NCBI GenBank assembly: GCA_964016885.1
Contig: OZ024747.1
Location: 87,854,001 to 87,918,000, forward strand
DNA: 64,000 nucleotides
Direction: 5' to 3'
Source of the DNA: Eledone cirrhosa
Lineage: Eukaryota
Positions within the stretch are counted from its first letter, which is position 1; every line of letters begins with the position of its first letter. Below are positions 38,701 to 53,700 of this stretch, piece by piece. The notes beneath the pieces were generated by a model, which ran no database searches, was not told the DNA's origin, and saw only the letters and a program-made list of their open reading frames with translations. The translations under genes and the position numbers were made by a program.

Positions 38701-41700
38701 GGGAAACTTAGGTGTCATCATCATCATCATCATCGTTTAACGTCCACATTCCACGCTTGCATGGGTTTGGACTTTGTACTTAAGTAAGGCGGGTCTTCTC
38801 TATTACTGTGTAGCGCCAAAGGTCTCGGTCCAGTGACATTGTCTTGGAGAGGTGTAAGTGTGTGAGGTCGGAATTTATCAAGTCGTCCCAGGTTTTTCTG
38901 GGTCTGCCTACTCCGTGGCTACCGTCTATTTTTATTGCCCTGCACTTTTTTATACAGCTGTCGTCTTTCATGCGCATCACGTGACCATACCAACGTAGCC
39001 TTCTCTCGAGTAAACAACATCTGATCCCTCTTATTTCTAATTTTTCCCTTAGTTCGTTTATGCTTTGCCGTTCACGTATATTACTATTACACATCCAGCG
39101 GAGCATGCAAGCTTCGTTCTTCTCCAGTCTGTGTATATCCTCTGCACACAATGCCCAGGTCTCACTGCCATGTAACATTGCTGTTCATATGCAGGCATCA
39201 TACAGCCTGCCTTTCATTTTTAGAGAGAACCTTTTAGCGGCTAATAATGGTATAAGCTCTCTGAACTTTTTCCATCCAGTTCTGACTCTAGCTACTGTAC
39301 TTTCAGAACACCCTCCCCCACTGCTGATTTTGTCACCCAGGTAATGGAAGCTGTCCACTATTTCTATAGAACCATCTGTGCAATGGAGTGAGCTAGTTCT
39401 GTGGGCACTTGCTGCTACTTATTGCACCAGAGCAGTGGCCACATATAAAATAATGTTCTTAGTTAGCTTACCTGTGATCCCACTACATCTTTTATGCACC
39501 CATACTTTGCATTTGGGACATAAAATGGAGTTTCTACCTACTCCATTCCTACACACTGAGCATGGCCATTTCTCGGATGGGACCGGCGCCTTATTTTCTT
39601 TCCTACAAACTAGAACTTTAGTCTTAGACAGGTTAATTTTAAGGCCTTTTGATTCTAGGCCATGCTTCCATGTTTGGAGTTTCTTCTCTAGTTCGGCCAT
39701 TGATTCAGCTATGAGCGTTAGATCATCTGCGTATAGGAGTTCCCATGGGCAGCTGGTCTTGAACTCCTCTGTTATAGCCTGAAGGGCAATAATAAATAGT
39801 AGGGGGCTAAGAACGGAGCCCTGATGAACACCAACTTTTACGCTAAACTCTTCACTATATTCGTTGTTAATTCTAACCTTGCTGACTGTTTCTTTATACA
39901 TGGCTTGTATAGCTCTCACAAGCCATTCATCAACACCTAGTTTTCTAAGAGCCCACCATATAATGGAACGGGGGACTCTGTCGAAGGCTTTCTCCAAGTT
40001 GACAAAAGCTAAGTATAGAGGTTTACTTTTAGCTAGGTACTTCTCCTGCAGTTGTCGTACAATGAAAAGAGCGTCTGTGGTACTTTTACCTGACACAAAC
40101 CCGAACTGCATTTCATCTAGATCAATTCTCTCTCTGACTAGTTGCGCTATTACTTTTTCTGTGACCTTCATGACCTGGTCGATTAATTTAATGCCTCTAT
40201 AGTTACTCCTATCTAGAGCTTCTCCTTTACCCTTGTAGCAGTTAATGATGATGCTGCTACGCCAGTCCTTTGGAACAACCCCATTCTGTATGACTTGGTT
40301 TACTATCCGGGTGACCATGGTGTGTCCCACGGTTCCAGAAGCTTTCAGCATTTCAGCAACTATTTCCGAAGGCCCAGCCGCCTTACCCGTCTTCATATGT
40401 TTGATTGCCTTACTTATTATACTACCTTCGACTAACACTGCTGGTCCCTCTATTGGGTCGATGTGGGGGAGACTGTCTTTCTCCCATTTATTCTCCTCAT
40501 TTAGTAGCCTTTCGTAGTGACACTTCCAAGCTACTAGGTGTATTTTCTTTTTATAGCCACAGGTATGATCGTTCAGTTAAGGACTTCATTTTGCAACTAT
40601 ATCGTTTCAGGAAAGTGTCCCCTATCATAGTCTTAGATTGACCAATGCCTTGTTAATTAAACTTGGTAAACAGAAGACCGTTGTATGCATGTGGGTGTGT
40701 GTATCCCCCCCTACATGTCTGTTTACATTTACTGTTTACGTACCAATTCAGCAACTGATACAAAATAAAATATGTATCAGACCTGAAAAAAAGGTACTAG
40801 TGTCGATATGATTGATTAAGTCACTTCAAGATGGTCACAGTCTAATGATTCGAACAAGTAAAAGAATAAAAGAAATTCACATATATATTTCTGAGTTGAT
40901 CAAGACAAGTTTCTAGGTTTTCAATGAGAGTAGACAAGAAGAGACAAGTGAATATTATTATGACTTAAGACTTACTACAACAGGTGAATGATCACTCTTG
41001 CCAAACTCAAACAGAATCCTGAGGAATTGTTCATAGCGTTCTATATCAGTTTTCAACGTTTCTTTGACTTTATTTAGATAAGCCAGAGCAAAAATAGTGT
41101 CTCGATGATCTCTCTGAAACAAAAGTAACAAGGTAAGTAAACTTAAGAAGCCGCTAAGGATCCTAAACACATTTCAAAATATATAAACTACAAACTACAT
41201 GATAGACTACACAAGGAAGGAAAGCTTCAAATTCAGACAATGTTGTTAGCACTGCCAACATAATTTTGTTAGACCATTTGTAAAGTTATGCTCCAAACAC
41301 CAGCTTAATAATGGGAAAGTTAGTTATATGACTAAATTCTTCCAAATTCTTGATTATTTTCAAAATTATTTGAAAGGTCTTTCATTAAAAGTATAGTAAC
41401 GAAAGGGTTAAAGACATTCCAGCCACCATCCATCATTTTATATATATTAAGAACGCCATCATTCAATGAATCCTTCTTTTCTTAATACAGTAAAATGTAA
41501 GATGGTTGAAGGAGACTTAACTTCTATTTCTAGCAGGTTGAGCAACCACACAGGAGTTGCTTTCTTGTTGGCTCACAGAGAGTGCAGATTTAGAATGCAA
41601 TTCCCTTTATATATGTATACTGCATGTATCCAGTTTAGAATAGATACATCATATCTGAGTGTATTGTGTCAACTAAAAGGGTTTAGTGCTAGAAACATCA

Positions 41701-44700
41701 TCTGGACATAAAACATTGTTCCCAAAATGATCGTTTGACAAACATAAAGTTTTTTATTGGAGGTCACAAGGCTAACCTCAGCTTCAGCAGGCCTTAAAAC
41801 ATTTGTTGTTGCTGTTACTGTTTACATCTGAATATTTTACCTACAGTTAGCACCAATCAATTGTCATTAGCATTTAAACCGGCTGTATCCGACCAGAATT
41901 CTCTCACCTCTTTCTGTTTAAACCAGCTGTAACTGGTCGCTCATACTGATGTTAAAGTATTGTTCTCAAAATAAATAATATCAAAAGCTCATAGATTCGA
42001 TATTATGTGAGATAAAGCCTTTACCATGAAAATATAATGGTATATATAGAGTAATGTAAATGCTAAAGGGTTAAGGTGATTTTTCCCAGCTAAAGCAGGT
42101 GTTTCACATTATAAGTGGCTATTTTTGTTATAAATGAAAGGGATATAGTACAGGTCAAAGTCTGGCAATGAAATGTGTAAAGTTATCCTCCAAACACCAG
42201 CTAAATAATGAAAAAGTTAGTTATTTGACTAAATCCCTTCATGGAGAACCATGATCCTGATGTCTGGAACAGATCTGGTACTTGATGAATGAAGTTTAAT
42301 GATTTGTGTAGCCAAATACTTTAATAAAGGTTATGTTAATAACTACTTACTCGAGGGTCTTTTTCAATTAAATTTGGGGCTAACATAGCCAGTTTTATAT
42401 CATTCCGTTTTTGGGCTTTAGTCCGCGTGTCTTTACTCCTTTTCTGATGACAGCTGAAATATTGATAATGAAACAGTAAACTACTAAGGGAGAACAGGGA
42501 CTGAAAAGTTAAATCATTTTACTATATACTCATTCCTTATTTTGGAAGAGAGTGAAACAGACAAAATCAATTATTTGTCTGTGATACCCCTTACACTATG
42601 TATATTTATGGATGTTTTTATGTTGGAAGAAGGTGTTCATAATAGAGAGCCCATAACTGGAACAGATCTAATAAGGCCTCTCCATTCGTATTTAGATTGG
42701 GATTGTCATTCCTTCCAATAACTCCTTTCCATGTCAGATGGTCAGCACCAACATGTGCATTGAAGTCTCTCATTAGGATATATGATTCAGTCTTAACTGC
42801 ATCTAACACTGCAGTGACTTCATCAAGAATCTGATGTATTGGAACAAATATAATTTCAAAAGAAATTAAGCATTTCACGTTTTCTATAAACTTCCAACAA
42901 TCTTAACATTTTTTATAGCATGAACCCAAAAGCTGAGAGTCTAAAGTTCTTACCCGATTGTGCTGCTAGCCGCCATCAAATCTGCAATATGGCTATCACC
43001 ATTCTCCAAGAGATAGTTTTCCTTCTCTGACTGGCAACAACTCCCGCTGGTTATCCCACTGCTAGCAGTACTGGCTGTATCAGTTTCTTCCGTTTGATTG
43101 GTGGGCACAGCAGGAAAAGATTTTTCTACTGTCTTTGGACCCGACCAGTCGTCTTTCTTAACAACATTGCTGCTGGAATCATTCATATTTTTGGTTAGAG
43201 TATTTGACGAATGTCTGAGAGAAACTGGAGACATTTGGTTCTGTGGTAACACTTCTTTTAACCGTTTTGTACTGAGGTTACAACAAGCATTTTCAAGACC
43301 TGCAGATTGGGTAACATTTTTAGGCAGAATGGTTTGTGGTTCAGCACTCCTTGTGGTCATTCGTGGTGACCTTTTTGCTCGCTTCCGGAGTCCATAAGCT
43401 GCCATACTGGTGGGTGAGAAGTGAGGCTTTATCACAACCCCTTTTGGACAAATAAGACGTGCCTTTTGTTGCAACTTCTGCCTGCGAGGGCTGTTGCGCT
43501 TTTTCTCCAAGCCCAAAGATACTTGCCGGCAACCAGGTGGAGAAATTTGTTGGGGTTTGGGTGCAAGGTGCTTAAAAACAGCAGATTTATTGCTTGAAGT
43601 GTGTGCTTTACTCTGTACAGTCTCATAGGCAGGAAGTAAGTTTTTCGTTGGGGTTTTCTGAAGTTCTTTCTGTTTGGCTAAGGCTTCAGATATGAAAGTA
43701 GGGTTTCTGGCACTGACAATAGGGTTACTGTTTGACAACAACTGGCTAGCCACTGTAGCTATAACATCTATAGAACTACTGGCAACAGAATCTGTAGAAT
43801 CTATAGACAAAAAACAAACAATAAGAGTAGAATATATATATATAATGGCAATTATCACATCCATGATGCCATATGAAACTACATTAGCAAAACATTCTTG
43901 ATAAATACAAAACATCAATATGAGTGCATCATATTAAAAATTCAAGTCTTTACTCTAATACTGCAAACTTTCACAACAATCTATCAAGTACTAAAGATAC
44001 TATAAATACTTGAATCAACAAACTTATTTTTAGGTATTTTCTGCTAAATCCTTATGGGATATTAAGAGTTAAGAAGTTTACTTTGCAATCATGCAGTCAT
44101 GGGTTTGATCCCACTATGTGACATCTTGGGCAAGTGTTTTTACCATATAGCCTTAGGTCGAACCAAGGCTTGTGAGTGAAGAATAGACATAATAGAAACA
44201 AATAGAGAATCCATCAGTGGTAATATTAAGAACAAAGCAAATATAAGAAATATGTATGTGATAACAAACTAACTGTAGCGACCTAAATTGAAATGGTCAA
44301 ATCTGACCACTACACATTAACAAAAGTTGTTGTGGTTTACAATAGGCCAAAATTGATGAATAGGCTTTTAATCAAAGGTGTTCCAGCCATAACCATCACA
44401 TCTTTTGTATTATAGGCATAGTAAACCTTGGACTAAATTATATAAAGTGTCCTTCTTTAACCACTAGGCCACACATCTTCACCTCTTCATTGTTTTTTTT
44501 TTCTTTGTAAAAAAAGTTGAGGTGATTCACTAATTGTTGATGCATGTATTTTCACTGTTAGATGATTATTTTATCTTTAACCTCATCCGTTGGGATCAAG
44601 CTGAATGGAGGATGTCTGTTGGGATCAAGCTAAGCTTGGCCTGGTCCAAGTGAGACCGGAGGGCAGAAACACATGGAGCTGGATGCTAAGGAGTGCCGTT

Positions 44701-47700
44701 AGGCAGGACCCATCCCTACTTAGGGATTAATTGAGTCCTGCATAATCAAAAACTGGATGATGATGATGATGATGATGATTCAACAGTGAGTCTGTGAGTC
44801 TAATTAATATCAACATGGAAAGAGGACATGAAATTAAGATGACGATGATGATGATGATGTAAAAAAAAAACAATCAATTAATCACCTGATTTGTCTTTAT
44901 TTGGTGAAGAATCGTTTGGTTCACAGCTGGTAAATGGTGATGTTATCTTTGATGGTGAAGTGGTGCTACAACATAGTTGACCTGGACGGAAAACATCTTT
45001 ACTAAAAATGGACCAAAATAAAAGATAATTCCATTAATGTTTTGGAAAAGTGGAGTATTACTCCGAGAATGGAGAACAAAAAATGAATTGCAGAGGATGG
45101 TAGGAATAGAACCAGCGATGAATTTTGTGAAGAGAAAAAGAATGATATGACTAGGACATGTTTTGAGGAAGGGTGATAATGACTGGGTGTGAGGATGATG
45201 GGAATAAAGCCATTCATCACTAGCTCTTCCCAGTATCCTCTGTAATTCAGTATTATATTGTAATAATCATACTGACATAATTTATTGTTATATTAATAAC
45301 ATGTAATAAACTCTTCTTACTTGGAGATATTAGCAGCTGTAAGCTTGATAAAAGAATTCACTGTTAGAATATTAGACATACCAGTTGTGTATTTCAAAGA
45401 GTTATAAGACATAAACACTGCAATGGATTAGGAAGGGCATTCAGCCGTAGAAAATCAGTTGTGTGTGAGAAAAACAGTCCTCCGACTTGATCTCTCACAT
45501 AGGGACAGCCCCTCCTACTCATGCTAATGTGGAAAATGGATGTAAAAACGCTGATGATGATGATAAAGAAAATGTCCAATGACTAGGGATACTCACCCAT
45601 CAGTTGGCACCAAGTTAACACTAGTTATTGCAAGAGTAGGAGGTGATGGTAGGACCAATTTCTGCTTTGATGTCTTTAGTTTATTTCTAGCTAATACTTC
45701 ATTATCAACTTGCTTTCGACTACTGTTGGGTTTAGGTGTTTTCCGGGTTGGCGGTGAGGTCTTTTTGGACGGAGGATCAATTCTTGACTACATAATAAAT
45801 AGTAAACAATTATAAATTAAATACTAGCTGTCTTACCACAAACTTTCTATCACACTCAAACATAAATTAAAAAGAACTAAAATTTAATCTAGCTGTACAG
45901 AAACATAGGGAGTTGAGTTGGATTAATGACATAAAAAGAAAGAAGCTGACCATTAGATTGGACCAAGGAAACTGCATTACCACTGGTAATACTATTAGTA
46001 GGTCAAAAAATTGAATCGACCTTGGATATTCCCATTAAACCTTACTGGTTGATATCAACAACTCTAGAGACCCTTGCATTACACTGACATGATATCTGTA
46101 CCTGATAATTAAGATAAAACATCAAAGAAAGTATTTAACCCTTTAGTATTTACATTACTCTATATATACTATTATATTTTCATGGTAAAGGCTTTATCTC
46201 ACATAATATTAATTCTACGAGATTTTGATATTTATTTTGAGAACAATACCTTAACATCAGTATGAGCAGTGACCGGTTTGAACAGAAAGAGTTGAGAGAA
46301 ATCTGGCCAGATACGGCCAGTTTAAATGCTAAAGGGTTAATCAATTTAATTTACCTTGAACCAGCATGGTGCATCTGGGTGAGGTGTATTTCCTTCAGGA
46401 GCTAACAAACTTTGAGTTTGACTGAGGGTAGCAGTAAGGAAGTCCTCAGGTAACTTGTTTGTTTGAGCAACAGACTGTAAATTACAAAATTTAAAATTAA
46501 ATACACTTGAAGCATTACAATATATAATACTTTTAAAAGCTAAGAGATTTCAAATGGAAATTAATATATACACAGCCACCATGTTCTCACTCTGGCTACA
46601 ACACTTTCAGTAGATCCAGCACCAGCTAATGAGGTGATGTAGATAGCAACAAACTTCTAATTCTTGTGGGATTTTTTAACACACACACACACACATACGT
46701 ACATGTATATACGACAACCTCCTGCAGTTTCCACTCATTTAGCAATCCAAGGCTATAGTAGAAGACACTTGGTCAACCCAAGGCTATAGTAGAAGACACT
46801 TGGTCAACCCAAGACCATAGTAGAAGACACTTGGTCAACTCAAGGCTATAATAGAAGACACTTGGTCAACCCAAGGCTATAGTAGAAGACACTTGGTCAA
46901 CCCAAGGCTATAATAGAAGACACTTGGTCAACCCAAGGCTATAGTAGAAGACACTTGGTCAACTCAAGGCTATAGTAGAAGACACTTGGTCAACCCAAGG
47001 CTATAGTAGAAGACACTTGGTCAACTCAAGGCTAGAGACACTTGGTCAACCCAAGGCTATAGTAGAGACACTTGGTCAACCCAAGACCATAGTAGAAGAC
47101 ACTTGGTCAACCCAAGGCTATAGTAGAAGACATTTGGTCAACCCAAGACCATAGTAGAAGACACTTGGTCAACCCAAGGCTATAGTAGAAGACACTTGGT
47201 CAAGGTGCCACACCCTGGGACTGAGCCCAGAACCATATGGTTGTGATGTAGACTCTTTAAACTTCACAGCCATGCCTGCATACATACATATACATATACA
47301 CACACTTGCATCTGTTATCATAGCACTTACCTTAACAGGGTTATCACTAGCTCTTTTGGAACGAAGGTTTTTTAACCGTGCTCGGATTTGCTTTTCAGTT
47401 TTGCAGGGTAACAATAATTGTCTGATACACATACATGTTGTAAATGATTTGAAATGACGGAACTGTTGGAAACCCAACGCCAAAAGACTACAATAATAAA
47501 CAATGAGGAAAAAAATAAGAAGCATATATGTGTGAAAATGATGTCTGGTATTAAGACATAAACAAACAATAACAACAGCAAATATTCAAACCCTTTTGAT
47601 ACCAACCCAACCAAAATCAGTTCTGGTTCTATGAAACAAAATGCCTATTTTACCCTTTCAATACCAACACACCAGAGGCTGCTTATAATTCCATCACATA

Positions 47701-50700
47701 AAATCTCCTATTTTACATTGCCAATATTTAAATTAAAACCTTTCCCACATAATTCTATGTAAGAAAATTTTGTTATGTTATATTTGAAACACAAGTTTAA
47801 TAATGAGAAAGTTAACTATTTTATAAAAAAAAACATTTAAATTCTTGGTTACTTTCAAAATTACTTGAAACAGTTTTTCCTTAGAAATATACAAACAAAA
47901 TGGCTGAAAGTTTCCTATTTAAATTAAAATCATCCAACAATATTATATAAGAACCATATGTTAAGTTACTATCTTAGAAATTAACTAATAATTTTAGTAA
48001 AGCCCTCAAAATTCTTAATCAATTGAAATATGGTTGTGAAAGAGTTAAGGCCATTTTACCTGCTGAAGCAGGAGTTAACCTTGCAGACTCAATGAAAAGC
48101 TTCATACTCATCATGAGGTCCTTTTTAAGGCAATGTTTTATTGTCAGATGCCCTTCTTGGTGCCAACCCTTTTAGTTACTTCTAATGACATGAAACAATA
48201 TGGTATACCTATTCTAAACTAGATACACACAGTATATAACCATTAATAAAAAAATACAGCAAAATCAAATAGCTCAACATGAAATCAAAACTGTAACACA
48301 GGCTTGGCTTACTGGAGGTTTACCACCATTCTATGGCATTCACACAAGTGATTAACCTTTTAGCATTTAAACCAGCTGTATCCGGCCAGAATTCTCTCAC
48401 CTCCTTCTGTTCAAACCAGCTGTAACCCGGCCGCTCATACTGATGTTAAGGTATTGTTCTCAAAATAAATAATATCAAAATCTCATAGATTCGATAATAT
48501 GTGAGATGAAGTGTTTACCGTGAAAATACAATAGTAAATATAGAACAATATAAATGCTAAAGGGTTAGAGACCATTCAAGTATATAAAATATCACATTAG
48601 GACAACTCCTCTAAAGCAGTTGGCACAACGGAATTCAATCAGTAACTCTTGTAATATGGCTGATGAATGAACGGAGATAACATAAGATAGAGAGGACTCT
48701 TTGGTCTTGTTGAGGACTTGGCAGCCTTTGTAGTGCTGGTACCATAAAATGCATCCAGCTCACTCTGTAAAGTGGCTGGAGATTGAATCGAGAACAATAT
48801 AGGGCAGAAAGGACTCTTCAGTTTTGTTGAGCACATAATATCGCTGGTGCCAAAATAAAATGCACCCAGTACACTCTGTAAAATGCTAGTGCTGGTGATA
48901 TGATAAAATGTACCTAGTACACTTTGTAAAGTGCTTGGTGCTAGGAAGAGTATCTAACCATAGTAAATATGCCAAATATAGGCATGTATAGGCAAGACAT
49001 ATTTCTCTGACCAGTCAAGTCTCAGACCATGACAACCAATCCAACCCAAACCAACATGGAAAACAGAGGTATGATGATGATGATGATGACAAAATAAATA
49101 TCACTGCTACTCACTTGTCTTGAGCAGGAGTAAAGGTAAATCTGTATTTCCTGAGGATATTTTTCGGGATTGAATCACGTACTGGCAACAATGGTGGAAA
49201 TGGGAAAGTTTCTGGCTTTTCCATAAATAACTTTTTCAGATCTTCAGATAAACCTGTTCACAGAAATGGAAAGAAGATGAGGATTTTTTTTTTAATAATA
49301 ATAATAATGAAATTATTGTGTACAGTGCTCAGGTGCACTACAACTCATCAAAGGTGCATGTATAGTACATAGAATAATGTACAAATGTCAGGAAAATGAA
49401 CAGTGTACGAGTCATGAAATACATGTGTGCGTGTGTATGGAGGGGGTACATCAGGTGTAGCGTTGGCGAATCTCAGGAAGCATAGAGGTTTTAAAGGATG
49501 CAGTGTCTCGACAGCTAACAACTGACGCAGGTAGTTTGATCCATGCTTCAGCAACTCTGAGCATGAAAAAATGTTTGACAAGGTCTCATTGAATGAACAT
49601 CAAGTTAAAATTTGAGCAAGTGAGAGCATTGAATGAGCATTGAATGAACATCAAGTTAAAATTTGATATTAAGTGAGAGGAAACAACTCAGTCTACATTA
49701 ACATTTCGATATTAACTCACCAGAAACTGCACCTGGTTTATGATACAAGTGTTTATATTTATCTAAAAAACCTTCTATCATAATTTTATGTAAGAACCTT
49801 TGTTAAGTTATACTCTAAACACTAGCTTAATAATGAGAAAGTTAAATTACTAAATTCCTCTCACATTCTTGATTATTTTCAAAATGATTTGAAAATGATA
49901 AGCAGTCTCTTTCATTATAAATATGGTAATTAAAGGGTTAAGGAATATGGTAACAAGTGCTGAAGAGGAACAGTCACATAAAATACACTCAAAACAGCAT
50001 ATTCTATACATTTGAATTTACAAACCAGTGTTCATACACCACATTGTTTCAACTTATATATTTAACACAGTACATATTCCACATAAAAATAATTTTCAAC
50101 CAGACAACTCCATAACAGATAAACTAATAAAACAAGTGCATCTCCATACAAATATCTACAACCAATACTTTACACATACCACACATACATACACACCTCC
50201 ATAAACATCCCTAAATTTGTAATTAAATTTACTTTTGCCACAATTTCTCTTGGTGGTACTTGGTTGAAATTCCTCAATGGCTTTTAAGGATCCTTCCAAA
50301 TTGCTAGCAAGGAACACTGACTTCTTCCTTGAAGTACACCGATTACCAAACATTTGTAGTTCTTGCTGAAATAAGTAAATATAAATGTTTATTTATAAAG
50401 TCGAAAAAAAAATAGTGGGTTAATATTTTATTCAATCTTCACTCTGCTCTAAAAGTTATTTATTTGTTGTGTAAAAGTTGTTTAGACTAAATTAAATCAA
50501 GAAGACTTAATCAAAGGTGTTCCAACTGTGACCATCCTGTTTATAGAAGGTTCCACTGACTACAAGAGGCACACTTGTTAGCTCAGTTATTGTCTAAAAA
50601 CATATACACATATATCAGTTACCAAGTTAAGCGCGGTACCTATTTTTTTAATGATGACTTACTAAAAAAGTTGAAATCAAACAAAAAATAAACTTACTAA

Positions 50701-53700
50701 AAATTTTATGCATTGGTTGCTTTCATTGATGTAATCTTCCTGACCATGGATTAGTAACGCCAACTGACAAAGAAGTTGAGTGTGCTGGGAAAATAAATTT
50801 AAAAAAAAATGAAAATTATCATTACTATCATAATTGTCGACTAATAAACAAATGACAAAAACAAACAAATTTTGCAGAATTATATATAAATACTTAAATA
50901 ACTGAAAACAGAAAAATATTAGTCTTAAAGTGTAAGTAATATGAATAAGGTGATAAACTAAAACATTAAAGTGTCAGACTATGATGTGTTGTAAAAAGTT
51001 AGATTCTATATATTCAGGGCTTAGACAAAATAATTGTTTTTACTTCTGGCACAAGGCCAGCAATTACCCAGTGCATTACTGGTGCTTTTATTTTTATCGA
51101 CCCCCGTAAGGATGAAAGGCAAAGCTGACCTCTGACCTCGGCTAGATTTGAACTCAGAACGTAAAGGGCCATAACTCTATGCTGCAAAGTATGGTGTACG
51201 ACGCCAATCAACCGAGACAAAATAATATGAACACCTGACATAAACACAATATTTATTTAGTACTAAAGTGTTGGGCCACCATTTGCTTTTAAAACAGATT
51301 CCATTTTACATGAAATTGATTCGTAAAGTATCTGAATAGTTTAATGGAATATTGTCCTATTCTTCTACTAAAACATCAGCCAATTGCTTCAGTAATGATG
51401 GAAGTGGAAATCTAGAGGAGAAGAATATGGAAGCTGAAGGGGTTCCCAGCTCATAACAAATTCAGGAGGCTATATATATATTTAGTTGTAGAAACCAAGC
51501 CAAAATCGGTTCTGCATGAGCAAGACTTGGTCACCTGACCCATCATTTCTCACAACAGGACAACTCATCTACCCCATGCTATCGTTGAAAAATGGACATT
51601 AAACAGTGATGATGATGATGATGATGATGATGATAATACAGTGGAGCCTCAGTTCACAAACGCTTCTCATCGTGAACAATTTTTCCAAACATAAAACGTT
51701 TCGGTTCACGATTGGTGTCTCGAGTAATGAACACACAAGCCAGCAACAACAGTTGGCAACAAGTTTGCAGTATCGGTGGGAAAGCATCACTTGCTGTGTA
51801 GTTAGTTACTATGGGGATATTTATCTGTTTTTCACACACAGTCTCTCTCTTAACATTTTGTATGGAGGAAAAGGTTTGTGACAAATGGCTTTCAGGAACA
51901 AATTAAGTTCATGAATTGAGGTTCCACTCTATATATATATAAGAACTTATCACAATAATATAAAATATATGTTAGACATATACCTGTTTCACTTGTTCTG
52001 CAATAATCAAGGTCTGCTCATGTGTGACAGTAATATCTACACTTGCAGGTTGACCATATTTACATATATCAACACTAGAAGAAAATCAAACAGATAAAGA
52101 TCATGCTTCTTAGATATATCTCAAAGTTAGAATATTACAAAACCATTTATAACTTGGATAGGTCCTTCTCTCTCCCCACTAATGATCATATCTCCCTAGA
52201 ACAAAGTGGTCCACACTTGCTTCAGAGAAAGACCTCTCTGTAAAGAAAAAAAAAACAAAAGTGACACTCAAATGGAAGCAACATAGAGTAGAGAGGATAT
52301 TTTTGGTCATCCCAAAGATGTGACAAGCTCTCTAGTGGTGGTGTCAAGATAAAATACACCTAGTACACTCTGTAAAGTGATATTTTCTTTTATTTCTTCT
52401 TCAATTTGAATGTCATCATGTGTAAAGCCTTCAAAGTCGGTATTGCTACTTTCACAAGCCATGTTGATAGACACAAAAAATCTGTTGGACTTCCAACATT
52501 AAAAAAAACATGTCTTGTTTCAAGTTTCACTATATGAAGTGTTGTATTTTGTAGTAAAGGCCTTATCTCGCAGTAATCTTGAATCAATGAGATTTTGATG
52601 ACGTTATTGTTTGTTTTTAGAACGATATCTTAGTGCAGGTGTCTGCAGCCAGATTTGGCTGGTTTGAACAAATAAAGGGTTAAACATTTAACACACCTGA
52701 AATTCTGGCTGTTCTGTCTGGCCAGCTTTGATCCAGTTTTTTAAAAATCTATTTCACATGTGCTATAAGTGCTAACTTCCCCCTTGCATCTACTGCACAC
52801 AAAGTTTACCTTCTCACCAATGTAATAGATACCAACGAATTATAAAGGTATTAGTACAACTAACCCAGTCACTATACTTGGTTGTAACACTGTTTCTTCT
52901 TCTTCATTTACATCCCCATTAAACAATTCATCCAGAAGACCATGCAACTCTTTCTCTGTAAAAAAGAAAAAATAACAAAAATTGTCAGATAACAATAAAC
53001 AGAAATAGAATTTAGTAAAACCAGAACATAATTTACTCTTCAGATATTTTCATGGTGTCAACCTGCTTAGTTACCCCATACAAAAGACAGGGATACACTG
53101 CACCATATATTTTGAATCAAGATTTTCCAATAGATACATCAAGTGTGGGTTTTACAATTGCATCAAGTGAAATACAACTTGCTACATTGAGGAAACAACC
53201 ATGGTAGTGGGTACTAGTGGTTGCAGCATTTTGGAAGTAGATTTCATAAGTCATAGCAAAGGCAACCCATTTAGGAGAACAGTCACTCTGAATAAAAACT
53301 GATACAAGGTAGAAAAGACTCTTGAGTCCTGACAAACAAGCTTTCTAGTGTTGGTAACATGATAAAGTCCATGTTGTAAAGAGGTTGGTAATAGGAAGGG
53401 CAATCAGCCAGAAAACTCATGAGATAAGCAGAAATTGCGCATACAGGACTTATACTTCTCACAGAGGGTATGGTGAAAGAAGGCAACTCGTTCAACACAT
53501 GCATGCATGAAAAAACAGACATAATATATTGATGATGTGAGGTATGCTAATTTAAGGTATCTGAAAGTTTATGGATTACAGAACCACAACTAAAACATGA
53601 CACATGACTGCTTCTTGAAAATTATAATTCTCAAATTAGACAAAATTAAAACAAAGCAATACCCAAGTTCAGAGGTGAAAGGAAGTGAAACAAGATATAT

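Noticed and set aside
45321-45360. Possible 40-nt GON4L cassette exon (cag|...|gtaaga)
   Set aside because: Contains a stop in the phase required after exon 15; exons 15 and 16 already join in phase. At most a poison exon, with no supporting evidence.
46747-47203. 31-bp repeats as a possible CRISPR array
   Set aside because: Units are head-to-tail with no unique spacers, there are no cas genes, and the context is a eukaryotic intron.
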